This document shows positions 1 to 9,216 of a stretch of 64,000 bases of DNA, one piece after another; within the stretch, counting starts at the first letter, position 1, and each line of letters opens with the position of its first letter. The stretch is taken from the NCBI GenBank assembly GCA_041489255.1, contig JBGPQV010000005.1, forward strand, positions 78,460 to 142,459, given 5' to 3'. Origin of the DNA: Thermoplasmata archaeon. Its GTDB lineage: Archaea > Thermoplasmatota > Thermoplasmata > RBG-16-68-12 > JAFNFQ01. The notes below the pieces were generated by a model that had not been told where the DNA came from, did no database searches, and worked only from the letters and a program-made list of their open reading frames with translations. The position numbers and the translations under genes were made by a program.

Positions 1-351
1 TCCGGTTAGGATTAGGCTGTACCCCGCCGACTTCATCGCCGGGCTGAGGACCGAAGCGAGCCGCACATTGTCGCCCCGATGCTCAGATGGGATGGGGACC
101 AGGATGGCCTCGTCCGCCCCCTTTGCCGTTGCGGTCGCCAAGGCATCCTTCGCGTCGTCTCCGCCCACGGCCACCGCGGTGACCCTTGCCGCGTGGCGGG
201 CTTTCAGGATGAGAGCCTCTTCCAAGGCGTGCTCGTCCCCCTCATTCGTGATGTGCATGACTTCGTCTTCCGCGAGGCTCCTTCCGTCCTCGGCGATCAC
301 AAGTTCCTCGACGACGTCGGGAACCTGTCGGAGGATGACCGCAATCTTCAT
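1..351 (-). CDS. etfB: Electron transfer flavoprotein beta subunit (partial, runs off window start)
   Basis: Manual translation from ATG at 351: MKIAVILRQVPDVVEELVIAEDGRSL...NEGDEHALEEALILK...AKGADEAILV, a typical EtfB/FixA N-terminus. Absent from the ORF track because there is no stop in the window. Confidence 0.9.
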   Translation of the reverse strand, partial: MKIAVILRQVPDVVEELVIAEDGRSLAEDEVMHITNEGDEHALEEALILKARHAARVTAVAVGGDDAKDALATATAKGADEAILVPIPSEHRGDNVRLASVLSPAMKSAGYSLILTG

Positions 352-539
352 GGGTTGAACCCCCCAACGAGTCCCATTGCCTCCGCCACCATGTGAGAGA
401 TTTCCCGGACTTGAAGGCGGCCCTCGAGGCCCGATGTCTTGACCATCGGAAGCTTGAGCATCCGACGCATGAATTCCTCCATGGCGCCGCCCCCCGTCCC
501 CCGCTCTTCGAAGTTCACAAGCAACGATTCCGCAGACAC
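348..539 (-). pseudogene. Short ORF ending in the C-terminal tail of an HdrD/GlpC-like Fe-S oxidoreductase (probable remnant)
   Basis: VKTSGLEGRLQVREISHMVAEAMGL resembles the C-terminus of CCG-domain proteins. Its stop overlaps the etfB ATG (ATGA). No cysteine motifs remain. Confidence 0.4.
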
Positions 540-1356
540 GACTCATCACTCTCCAAGTACATGCGAGGAAGAGAACTGGAGTGCCTCCGCGCCCAGCGAA
601 CCGGCGATGCCGGGAAGCGTTCGACCACAGGACAACGAGGCTCAGGTCGGGCTCTGCACTCGAGCTGGCCGGGGTGACACGCGCCAGACCGCTGGTCCCC
701 AACACCGCGAACGACGGACTCCCACGCGGCTCGAAACGGGCGAGGCCCTGTGAAGGGCTGCATAAGTCCCATAATCCCGATTGCCCGCGGTGGATCCGCG
801 GACACTCCCTCTGCTCGGCGCATGTGACGCGGTGACGTTTCAAAGACCTATTGAGCATCTTCTATGTGTTCTCGGTCGAAGAATATACCATCGCGTCCCC
901 TCGCAAGGGAATATACGGGACGCCTTCGGGCGCTTGGAGAGGGAGTACACTCCGAGTCATGCGCGTGGCTGACGAAGCATGCACGTACAAAACAATACGA
1001 CAAGGGCCCTTGAATTTCGTCATCTCGGCTGCATGTGGGGCGGAACGCGCGCGACCCCAAGTTTTATGCACGTTCATCGAGGAAAACAACGGCACGGATT
1101 CCCCCCTCATCCACCTTGACACGCTCGAGGAAGGCATGCCCCTCTGGTGACCACACCGGGTGAGGCAGCGCATTCGAGGTCAATCCGACCAGGCGCAAGA
1201 TGCGGCCTCCTGGAATCCGCCGAATCGTGACGGGAGAGGTCGGACTCGCTGCCCACGGACCGAGGGCAGCCACTAACGACATGCACGTTCAGATGCAGCG
1301 TCATCTCTTTATAGCCCTTCGGCGGTCTCGGGCCGGGGTTTTGTATTCGCGCGTTT

Positions 1357-1575
1357 GTGCTTGTGAAAATCGCCACGGGCAAGGAGAGGGAGGCGCTCAA
1401 CGCTCTTAATGACATTGCGGGCCTGGAGGAGATTAACTTCCTCTTCGGCGACTACGACTACATCCTGACCCTGCAGGCGCCGGACACGGTCACCATGGCG
1501 AGGGTCATTAGGAATCGAATCCGGAAGGCACCGGGGACGATCCAGACGATCACGATGATCGAAGCGCCCATGTGA
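1357..1575 (+). CDS. Stand-alone Lrp/AsnC ligand-binding (RAM) domain protein
   Basis: (IRAF)VLVKIATGKE...LFGDYDYIL...IRKAPGTIQTITMI. TTTATA box near 1308. Start codon uncertain because homology extends to about 1345. Confidence 0.8.
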   Translation: MLVKIATGKEREALNALNDIAGLEEINFLFGDYDYILTLQAPDTVTMARVIRNRIRKAPGTIQTITMIEAPM

Positions 1576-2254
1576 GATCCTGGTCCTGTGCGGGACTCGC
1601 CACAAGCATCCTTGATTGATCACGGGTTGGGTGCGCCTCTCTCGACCTGAGCCAATAGGCCTAGGTTCTCCTCGGCCTCCTCCAGGGAGAGGAGCTGGAC
1701 GATTAGCCCGGCGTAGGTCAGGTCGTAGTCCCCCTTCGAAACGCTCTGCTTCAAGGGCAGAAAGCAAGGGAGTGAAAACCGAATCCATCTTACTCAATAT
1801 AAACGCCCAGTCGCTGGAGGACTGGCTATATGTAGATGTCATGCCAATCTCTCCATGTGTGGCAATAGATATTTTCGCGTGGAAATCGGGAGAATACGAG
1901 TATAGTTTTCTGTACAATCTTGGAGGCATGCCCTGTGATGCGTGCGTTCCGGTCTGAGTGTTCATTGTGTATAGTCGTGAACGGCAGAAGAGAAGATTCG
2001 CAAGACGGCTTGTCACCGAGCACCTATCCACATGGAGTCCGCATCGCCTGTCCGCGCCATACTCGCCCGATGATCATCGGCGGTGAAGGCCAAGAGAACA
2101 TCTCCGGCGCGCCGCGAGCGGTCGAACCCGCCGAGTCTCTACAATGAATGATGTATATTCTCAGGCTTCCGATATAAATGCTAACTATTTAGTATAATGG
2201 ACTTGTCGCAAACTTGCTTTCCAAGAGGTCGGATAGGGTAAGGAGGCTAATAAC

Positions 2255-2536
2255 TTGGCGCTCACGGAAATCGACCTGGTTTTGAACGTCGTCGCGGTCC
2301 TGGGCACGATCGGCTTCGGTGCCTACGCGGTGCAACAGAAAGACCTCATGCGCGCGGTCTTCTCCTTCGCGGTGTCGAGCGCGTTCCTCGCGATGCTTTT
2401 CTTCCTCCTTGCTTCACCGTTCGCCGGAGTGCTCGAGCTCACAGTGGGCGCAGGCCTTATCCTAGTGCTGTTCCTGGTAGCGCTGACTCTCTCCATGGGG
2501 GTCGAGGGCGAGAGCCCGGAGGGTGGTGAGTCATGA
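2255..2536 (+). CDS. Membrane subunit of hydrogenase/antiporter complex (MbhD/DUF4040/NuoJ N-terminal-like)
   Basis: Three TM helices, KDLMRAV...ELTVGAGL motif, AGGAGG RBS upstream, first gene of the operon. Confidence 0.8.
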   Translation: MALTEIDLVLNVVAVLGTIGFGAYAVQQKDLMRAVFSFAVSSAFLAMLFFLLASPFAGVLELTVGAGLILVLFLVALTLSMGVEGESPEGGES

Positions 2537-2775
2537 GCAGCAGCAAGACCGCAGCCGCCGTGATTCTTTCAGTCCTGGTCGTGATCCTCATGCTCTCACT
2601 CCTGCTCAAGGCGGCATTCCACGAGCCCGCCAATGCCCCGGACGGCGCCAGCCCTGGCAGCGTGCTTTGGGAATCGCGCGATTTCGAGACGATTCTCCAA
2701 GGTCTCTTGATCCTTGGCGGGGTGGTCGCAATCCTGATGCTGCTCAGGTCATCGAAAGCGGAGGCGCAGAGATGA
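2533..2775 (+). CDS. Small membrane subunit (MbhE/NuoJ C-terminal-like)
   Basis: Two TM helices around LWESRDFETILQ; overlaps both neighbours. Confidence 0.7.
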   Translation: MSSSKTAAAVILSVLVVILMLSLLLKAAFHEPANAPDGASPGSVLWESRDFETILQGLLILGGVVAILMLLRSSKAEAQR

Positions 2776-3110
2776 CGACACCGGGTGACCTGATCGTGGC
2801 GGTAGATTTCACCGCAATAGCCTCGCTCTTTGGCCTCGGGCTGTTCTGCATCATCTCCAAGACGAATTTGATCAAGATGGTCATCGGCATCGAGCTCATG
2901 GGGAAGGCAGTGACTTTGAGTTTCATCCTCGGCGGTTTCCTCAACGGAAATGTCGGCCTGTCGCAAGGTGTCGTCTTTACCATCATCGCGATCGAGGCGG
3001 TCGTGGCGGCGCTTGCCCTCGCCTTGGCCATCATCGGGAGAGGCGCGTTCAACACGCTAGACGTCGAGAAGATAAATGAGATCGCAGCAAAGGAGGCGAG
3101 AAGGGAATGA
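2772..3110 (+). CDS. NuoK/MrpC-like membrane subunit
   Basis: NLIKMVIGIELM and IAIEAVVAALALA motifs. Start moved to ATG 2772 (ATGA overlap). Confidence 0.85.
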   Translation: MTTPGDLIVAVDFTAIASLFGLGLFCIISKTNLIKMVIGIELMGKAVTLSFILGGFLNGNVGLSQGVVFTIIAIEAVVAALALALAIIGRGAFNTLDVEKINEIAAKEARRE

Positions 3111-6100
3111 TCGACCCGACAATCTTCCTCCTCGCGACGGTCCTGACGCCATTCATCGGGCTCATCGCGATAATGTCCCTCTCGAAATGGCCGAACGCGC
3201 GGGAAGGCGCGAGCATCGCCACCGCCGTCCTGACGTTCGCGTTCGCGGCGATCATGCTACCCGAGGTGTTCGCCGGCAACACGGTGAACATCACCGCCGC
3301 CGAAATCCTGCCCGGGCTCAAGATCGCGTTCTGGGCCGAGCCATTCGGGGTATTGTTCGCCACGCTCGCATCATTCCTTTGGATATTCACCACGGTTTAT
3401 TCGATTGGTTACATGCGCGGGCTCAAGGAACACGCCCAGACCCGGTATTACTCGTGCTTCGCGATAGTCATCGGGGCGACGATGGGGATTGCGCTGTCCT
3501 CCAACCTGTTCAGCCTGTTCATTTTCTATGAGATTCTGACGATAGCCACCTACCCGCTCGTCGCTCACAAGGAGACGGAGGAGGCGTTCAAGGCCGGGCG
3601 GAAGTACTTGATATTCACGCTCACCGGCGGGCTTGCGATATTGGCTGGGCTGGTCCTTATGTATGTCACATCGGGCACGGTCGACTTCATGGCGGGTGGC
3701 CAGACCAAGCTCATCCCCTTGTCGGCCGACATCATCAAACCGATGTTCGTGTTGCTGATTGCAGGCTTCGGCGTCAAGGCCACCCTGATGCCGTTGCACT
3801 CCTGGCTGCCGACCGCGATGATAGCGCCGACGCCGGTCAGCGGCCTGCTGCACGCGGTGGCGGTGGTGAAGGCTGGCGTCTTCGGCCTGCTGAGGGTCGT
3901 GTACTTCGTCTTCGGTCCCGCCCTGCTGGCGACGTACGGGCTGCAAATCATGCTGATTGTGATGGCGATCATCACGATTATAATCGCCTCGCTCATCGCT
4001 CTCGTCAAGGATGATATCAAGGCGCGGCTGGCCTACTCGACGATCAGCCAGTTGTCGTACATCGTCCTTGGCGCCGCGCTGCTCACGCCCGCGGGTCTCA
4101 CCGGTAGCCTGTTCCAGATAGCGGCTCACGCGTTCGCAAAGCTGACCATGTTCTTCGTTGCGGGAGCGATCCTCGTCACCTCGGGCAAGACGAAGATCTC
4201 GCAGCTGGACGGCATCGCGAAGAAGATGCCCATCTCCATGGCAATGTTCACGGTCGCGGCTATCGGCATGGTAGGTCTCCCGCCGTTGGCGGGCTTCGGC
4301 GCGAAATGGTTCCTCGCGGCAGGCGTCACGGGCGCACCGGGGCTGGGCGACTGGGCCCAGGCAGCACTCCTGCTGTCCCTCGTCGCATCCTCAGTGCTCA
4401 ATGCCGCTTACTTCTTCCCGATAGTTTTCAGGGCGTACTTCGGCAAGACAGATGAGGACATCAAGGAGGCCAACTGGAAGCTCACGCTCCCGTTGACAGT
4501 CACCGCCATCGGCGCGATAGTGATCGGCATGTGGACAGCCATGCCACTCGGCTGGTTCAATCTCTCGGCCTTAGGCCAGAACAGCATATCCAGCTTCATA
4601 CCGTTGCTGGCGCCAATCGATTTCCCAATCAAAGACATCACTTACATCCCGCCTTTCCTCATCTTCCTCATAGGCGCGCCGCTGATATTCTTCCTCAAAG
4701 GCAAGGCACGTAAGATCGGCCTCATCGTCATCGCGGGTCTAGCCCTGCTTGACGTCTTCCTCATGCCGACGTTCCTGGCGACGCCTTTCCAGGGCTGGAA
4801 GCTCGACATCATGGGATTCCAGCTCACGTTCCTGAACGTCGATTCGCTGTCGCTGTTCACGGGTTACATCTTCGTCATCATCACGTTCCTGGCGACAATC
4901 TACCTGACCGCCTTCGACGTGAAGCACATGGAGCTGTTCGCGCTGCTCTATGCGGGCACCTCGATGGGCGCCGTGTTCGCGGGCGACTTCCTCACGCTGC
5001 TGATTTTCTGGGAGGCGATGGCGCTCACCTCAACCGCCCTCGTCGTGGTATATGGCGGGGACGCTGTGAAGGCGGGCTTCAGGTACCTGCTCTTCCACGT
5101 TTTCGGCGGGAGCATGTTCCTGGCGGGGATCGCGATGAATTACATTGTCACCGGCGGGAGCCTTGCGCTCGGACCGATGGCATACGGATATGCGTTCGTC
5201 TTTGCGTTCATAGGGATCGCGGTGAACCTGGCCATGGTGCCCTTCCACACATGGCTGCCAGACACCTATCCGAGACCGCACGTCGCGGCCTCGGTGTTCC
5301 TGAGCGTCTACACGACCAAGGCAGCGGTATACGCGCTCGTCAGGGTGATGCCGCCGATCGACATCGGCGCGGCGACTCCCTACATGGCGATAATCGCTTA
5401 CATGGGCGGCATCATGGCGGTGTACGGCGTGTCCCTGGCCGTCGTCCAGACGAACATGCGCAAGCTGCTCTCCTATCATATCGTGAGTCAGGTTGGCTAC
5501 ATGGTCGCCGGAGTCGGAATGGCATTCCCGATGGCCGTCAATGGCGGCATGGCCCACGTCTTCAACCATATCCTCTACAAAGCCCTGCTCTTCATGACGG
5601 TGGGAGCTGTCATCTACAGGACTCAGCAGCAAGACATGTCGAAGCTCGGTGGGCTATGGAAAGTCATGCCCGTCACCGCCATAGCGTTCTGGATCGCGGC
5701 GTTCTCGATCTCGGGCGTTCCGCTCTTCAACGGTTTCGTCAGCAAGGGCATGGTCATCACTTCGGCGGCCGAAGGCGGCGCGGAGCTGTTCTGGTTGAGG
5801 GTACTGCTCGAGATTGCCTCGTTCGGAACGTTCCTCTCCTTCCTCAAGATGGGCTGGTTCGTGTTCATGAAGAAGAACGTGAACGGGCTTGAGGTGAAGA
5901 CGCAGGGCGATGCGCCCCTGCCGATGAAGGTGGCGATGGTTGGCACGGCGATCCTATGCGTCGCGATCGGCGTCTACCCGGCGCTGCTGTTCAACATACT
6001 GCCCGTGCCGATGCACGGCGAGGAATACGTCCCGTACGCCCTGGAGCATGTGCTCGAGACCCTGCTGATACTCGGCGCCGCGGCGCTGTTCTTCTTCACG

Positions 6101-6376
6101 ATTGGAGTGAGGATTCTGAAGCCAAAATCCGCGCATGAGATCGCGGACATCGACGAGGTCTACAAGGCGGGAGGGAAGGCGGTCAACGTCGGGTCCGCGG
6201 GCATCTCCGGCGGGTTCGGCTACTTCTATCAAGGTGCGTCTGCGGTCGGCAACTGGCTCGTCAACCTCGGTCGTAGGGCGACCACCGCCGAGACCAGGGA
6301 TGTGAACTGGAACCTCGTGGCTTTCGCACTCCTGATCGTGCTCTGCGTCGAGGCCATCCTGTTGGGGGTGAGCTGA
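3107..6376 (+). CDS. Fused double MrpD/NuoL-M-like proton-conducting antiporter subunit (1089 aa)
   Basis: Two complete modules: FYE...HSWLPTAMIAPTPVSGLLHAVAVVKAG...LAYSTISQ and FWE...HTWLPDTYP...LSYHIVSQVGY. Confidence 0.9.
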   Translation: MIDPTIFLLATVLTPFIGLIAIMSLSKWPNAREGASIATAVLTFAFAAIMLPEVFAGNTVNITAAEILPGLKIAFWAEPFGVLFATLASFLWIFTTVYSIGYMRGLKEHAQTRYYSCFAIVIGATMGIALSSNLFSLFIFYEILTIATYPLVAHKETEEAFKAGRKYLIFTLTGGLAILAGLVLMYVTSGTVDFMAGGQTKLIPLSADIIKPMFVLLIAGFGVKATLMPLHSWLPTAMIAPTPVSGLLHAVAVVKAGVFGLLRVVYFVFGPALLATYGLQIMLIVMAIITIIIASLIALVKDDIKARLAYSTISQLSYIVLGAALLTPAGLTGSLFQIAAHAFAKLTMFFVAGAILVTSGKTKISQLDGIAKKMPISMAMFTVAAIGMVGLPPLAGFGAKWFLAAGVTGAPGLGDWAQAALLLSLVASSVLNAAYFFPIVFRAYFGKTDEDIKEANWKLTLPLTVTAIGAIVIGMWTAMPLGWFNLSALGQNSISSFIPLLAPIDFPIKDITYIPPFLIFLIGAPLIFFLKGKARKIGLIVIAGLALLDVFLMPTFLATPFQGWKLDIMGFQLTFLNVDSLSLFTGYIFVIITFLATIYLTAFDVKHMELFALLYAGTSMGAVFAGDFLTLLIFWEAMALTSTALVVVYGGDAVKAGFRYLLFHVFGGSMFLAGIAMNYIVTGGSLALGPMAYGYAFVFAFIGIAVNLAMVPFHTWLPDTYPRPHVAASVFLSVYTTKAAVYALVRVMPPIDIGAATPYMAIIAYMGGIMAVYGVSLAVVQTNMRKLLSYHIVSQVGYMVAGVGMAFPMAVNGGMAHVFNHILYKALLFMTVGAVIYRTQQQDMSKLGGLWKVMPVTAIAFWIAAFSISGVPLFNGFVSKGMVITSAAEGGAELFWLRVLLEIASFGTFLSFLKMGWFVFMKKNVNGLEVKTQGDAPLPMKVAMVGTAILCVAIGVYPALLFNILPVPMHGEEYVPYALEHVLETLLILGAAALFFFTIGVRILKPKSAHEIADIDEVYKAGGKAVNVGSAGISGGFGYFYQGASAVGNWLVNLGRRATTAETRDVNWNLVAFALLIVLCVEAILLGVS

Positions 6377-7884
6377 TGGACGGTCTGATTGCGGCGGCGA
6401 TGGTCTCCCCGATGATTCTCGCCATAGGCGGCATCGCGTGCTTCGGCTTCGCGAACCTGGCGAAGGGCAAGATGCGGGCGTGGACCGGGACGCTTGCCGC
6501 GATATTCTTCGTGGCCATGTTCGGCGTATTCGTCGCTCTCGCGGTCAGGGGATTCGATGCCCATGCGGAAGTCCCGTTCGCCGTCCTGGCTCCGAGCGAC
6601 CTCGGCATCTTGATGGGACTATTAGTCACAGGTCTAGGCGCAGTTGCGAGCATCTACTCGCAGGGCGCGATAGATCCCGAGGGGCCGGTGGGCTACTACT
6701 ACCCACTCCTGATGTTTGCGCTGGCGGGAACCGTCGCGATCGGATTCGCGGTGGACCTCTTCACGATGTTCGTCATGGTGGAGCTGTCCGCCATCCCATC
6801 GTACGCTCTCGTTGCCTACAACTACCGCAAGAGGCGGGCCGCCATGGCGGCCGCGATCAAGTACCTGATCCAGGGTGTCGCCGGGACGCTCACCGCTCTG
6901 CTCGGCATTTCCATCCTATACGTTTCCACGGGCAGCTTGCACGTGGACGTCATATGGAGAGTGTTCACAGGCCCTGATATGCTATTGTCTCTCGCGGCAA
7001 TCTTGGTCGTCACCGGGTACGGCGTGAAGATCGCATTGGTCCCCCTGCACACGTGGTTGCCGGATGCCTACTACGAGGCGCCGATGGGCGTGACCGCGAT
7101 CATGGCGGGGGCCACGAAGGCGGGTGCGCTGGTTGCCCTATTCAGGGCAGTCGCGGCGCTGCCATTCGTCAGCGTCAGCGTTGCCCAGGTCGGCCTGATT
7201 GTCAGCGTTCTCGCAATCGCGACGATGACCGTCGGCAACATCATCGCGCTCGGCCAGAAGGACCTGAGGAGGATGCTCGCCTACTCGAGCATCGCGCAGA
7301 TGGGCTACATCCTGTTGGGGTTCGGAGTCGGCCTTCACTATGGAATCTCAATCGGGCTGGCGGCTGGGCTGTTCTACCTCACCGTCTACGGCATAATGAA
7401 AGGAGGCGCTTTCCTCTGCGCGGGGGCATTCGGCAAGGCGACGAACGGCGGCGTCACGTTCGAGCAGTTGAGGGGAGCAGGAGTGAGGAACCCTGTCGTG
7501 GGGATCTCCTTCCTTCTCTTCATCCTCGGTCTGATCGGGATTCCCGCCACGGCCGGTTTCCCGGGAAAGCTGATGCTCTTCCAAGCCGGGCTGGAGTCAC
7601 AGGTCGTGACCAACACCTGGCTGAACTGGGGCACGTTGCTGTCGATCGCCCTTGCTCTGAACAGCGCACTATCCTTGGGCTACTACGTGCCCGCGCTGAA
7701 TTATCTCCTTTTCAAGCCGGGACACCACGGAGAACATGAGGGGAAGTCGAAGATTCCAATCGCCATGGTCGCCGCAATCGTCCCGTTGGCGGTGCTCACC
7801 GTGATCTTCGGTCTGTACCCGCAGGCAGTGATGAACCTCACGAACCCAGCTTCCACATTCTTCAAACCAGGAGGAATGCCATGA
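6376..7884 (+). CDS. MrpD/NuoN-like antiporter subunit
   Basis: VKIALVPLHTWLPDAY and RRMLAYSSIAQMGY motifs, multi-TM. Confidence 0.9.
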   Translation: MDGLIAAAMVSPMILAIGGIACFGFANLAKGKMRAWTGTLAAIFFVAMFGVFVALAVRGFDAHAEVPFAVLAPSDLGILMGLLVTGLGAVASIYSQGAIDPEGPVGYYYPLLMFALAGTVAIGFAVDLFTMFVMVELSAIPSYALVAYNYRKRRAAMAAAIKYLIQGVAGTLTALLGISILYVSTGSLHVDVIWRVFTGPDMLLSLAAILVVTGYGVKIALVPLHTWLPDAYYEAPMGVTAIMAGATKAGALVALFRAVAALPFVSVSVAQVGLIVSVLAIATMTVGNIIALGQKDLRRMLAYSSIAQMGYILLGFGVGLHYGISIGLAAGLFYLTVYGIMKGGAFLCAGAFGKATNGGVTFEQLRGAGVRNPVVGISFLLFILGLIGIPATAGFPGKLMLFQAGLESQVVTNTWLNWGTLLSIALALNSALSLGYYVPALNYLLFKPGHHGEHEGKSKIPIAMVAAIVPLAVLTVIFGLYPQAVMNLTNPASTFFKPGGMP

Positions 7885-8225
7885 CCGACCTTCTGATGGA
7901 CATCGTGACCTCGCCGCTACTGGTCTTCGCGCTGACCCTGCTCGTCGCTTGGGCCCTGTATTGGCTCGGCGGCAAGATGTCGCCGAGTTTCCTCGCCGAA
8001 GGCGGAAAGGCGAAAGCCTATACCGGCGGGGAGAATATTCCAGGCAAGAAACAGCGTGTATCCTACCAGTTCTATCATCTGGCGCTCATCTTCACGGTGC
8101 TCCACGTCACCACGCTGGTTGTGGCGACCGCATTCCTCGCAGGAGCCGGGATAGTCGCGATCTTCTACCTGCTAATTGGCACCACGGCCGTGGTCGTGGT
8201 TCTAGTGGGGTGGCAAAATGTTTGA
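7881..8225 (+). CDS. NuoA-like membrane subunit
   Basis: Three TM helices, KAYTGGE loop, YQFYHLALIF. Confidence 0.8.
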   Translation: MTDLLMDIVTSPLLVFALTLLVAWALYWLGGKMSPSFLAEGGKAKAYTGGENIPGKKQRVSYQFYHLALIFTVLHVTTLVVATAFLAGAGIVAIFYLLIGTTAVVVVLVGWQNV

Positions 8226-8718
8226 AAATCTGGTTAAGTGGGCAAGGAAAAAGTCGCCTTGGATTCTGCTGTTCAACAGCGGCAGCTGCAACGCCTGCGA
8301 CATCGAGGTGATTGCGGCTGTGACCCCGAGGTTCGACGTCGAACGATTCGGCATACAGGTCAAGGGCAGCCCCCGCCACGCCGACATTCTCGTCGTGACC
8401 GGGCCTGTGACCCGCCAGCAGGCATCGAGGCTGAGGCGGATCTACGACCAGATGCCCGACCCGAAGTACGTCGTCGCGATGGGGAGCTGCGGTTCCACTG
8501 GCGGTGTGTTCAAAGGTCTCTACAATGTCATGGATGGCGTTGACAAGGTGCTCCCCGTGGACGCCTATGTCGCCGGATGCCCGCCGAGGCCGGACGAGAT
8601 AATCGACGGTGTCATCGCGGTCCTGGGCATGATAGAATCGGGCGATGGTCGCAAGAGGGCGAGGGGAAAGGATCCGATTCGCATCGAGAGGAAGCCGCTT
8701 GCGGAGGTGACGACGTGA
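8218..8718 (+). CDS. Group 4 [NiFe]-hydrogenase small subunit (NuoB-like)
   Basis: SCNACDIE, SPRHAD, GSCG, GCPPRP. Confidence 0.95.
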   Translation: MFENLVKWARKKSPWILLFNSGSCNACDIEVIAAVTPRFDVERFGIQVKGSPRHADILVVTGPVTRQQASRLRRIYDQMPDPKYVVAMGSCGSTGGVFKGLYNVMDGVDKVLPVDAYVAGCPPRPDEIIDGVIAVLGMIESGDGRKRARGKDPIRIERKPLAEVTT

Positions 8719-9215
8719 CGGACGAGAATCCCATGCTCGCGGTGGTGAAGCAGGATCTGGGCACCAAGGCGGTCGAGGTGACGGCTCCCCGCCGGAAGCG
8801 CATCACGATCGCCGCCACTCCGGGGACATATCGCGACGTCATCAAGTACCTGCAGGACAAGATGGACTGCTATCACCTCAGCGTCCTCCAGGGTGTGGAC
8901 AACAGGACGAGCTTCGAGGTGGTCTACCACTTCTGGAGCGACCGCAACGGCATGTTCACGGTGAAGGTCGCGCTCCCGCACGACAAGCCGGCGATAGGTA
9001 CGATCACGGACATCGTGCCCGCCGCGATACTATACGAGCGCGAGGTTCACGACCTGTTCGGCATAGAATTCCCTGGGCACCCGGACATGAGGCGACTACT
9101 CCTCAACGACGAATGGCCCAAGGACGAGCACCCGCTGAGGAAGGACTGGAAGATGGACGAGAAGAAGTTCTATGGCGGCGTCAGGTCTTCGACCGGAGGT
9201 GAGAAGTCTGGCTGA
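8715..9215 (+). CDS. NuoC-like subunit
   Basis: EREVHDLFGIEFPGHPDMRRLL...HPLRKD. GTG 8715 follows GGAGGTGA. Confidence 0.9.
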   Translation: MTDENPMLAVVKQDLGTKAVEVTAPRRKRITIAATPGTYRDVIKYLQDKMDCYHLSVLQGVDNRTSFEVVYHFWSDRNGMFTVKVALPHDKPAIGTITDIVPAAILYEREVHDLFGIEFPGHPDMRRLLLNDEWPKDEHPLRKDWKMDEKKFYGGVRSSTGGEKSG

Positions 9216-9216
9216 G

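Noticed and set aside
1309-2031. 240-aa minus-strand ORF
   Set aside because: Overlaps the AsnC-domain gene antisense and has no recognisable motif.
2025-2037. TATCCACATGGAG upstream of the hydrogenase operon, identical to the half-site plus start of the 78-aa gene
   Set aside because: Single half-site with no palindromic partner; may be chance. Worth rechecking only if half-sites prove to be bound.
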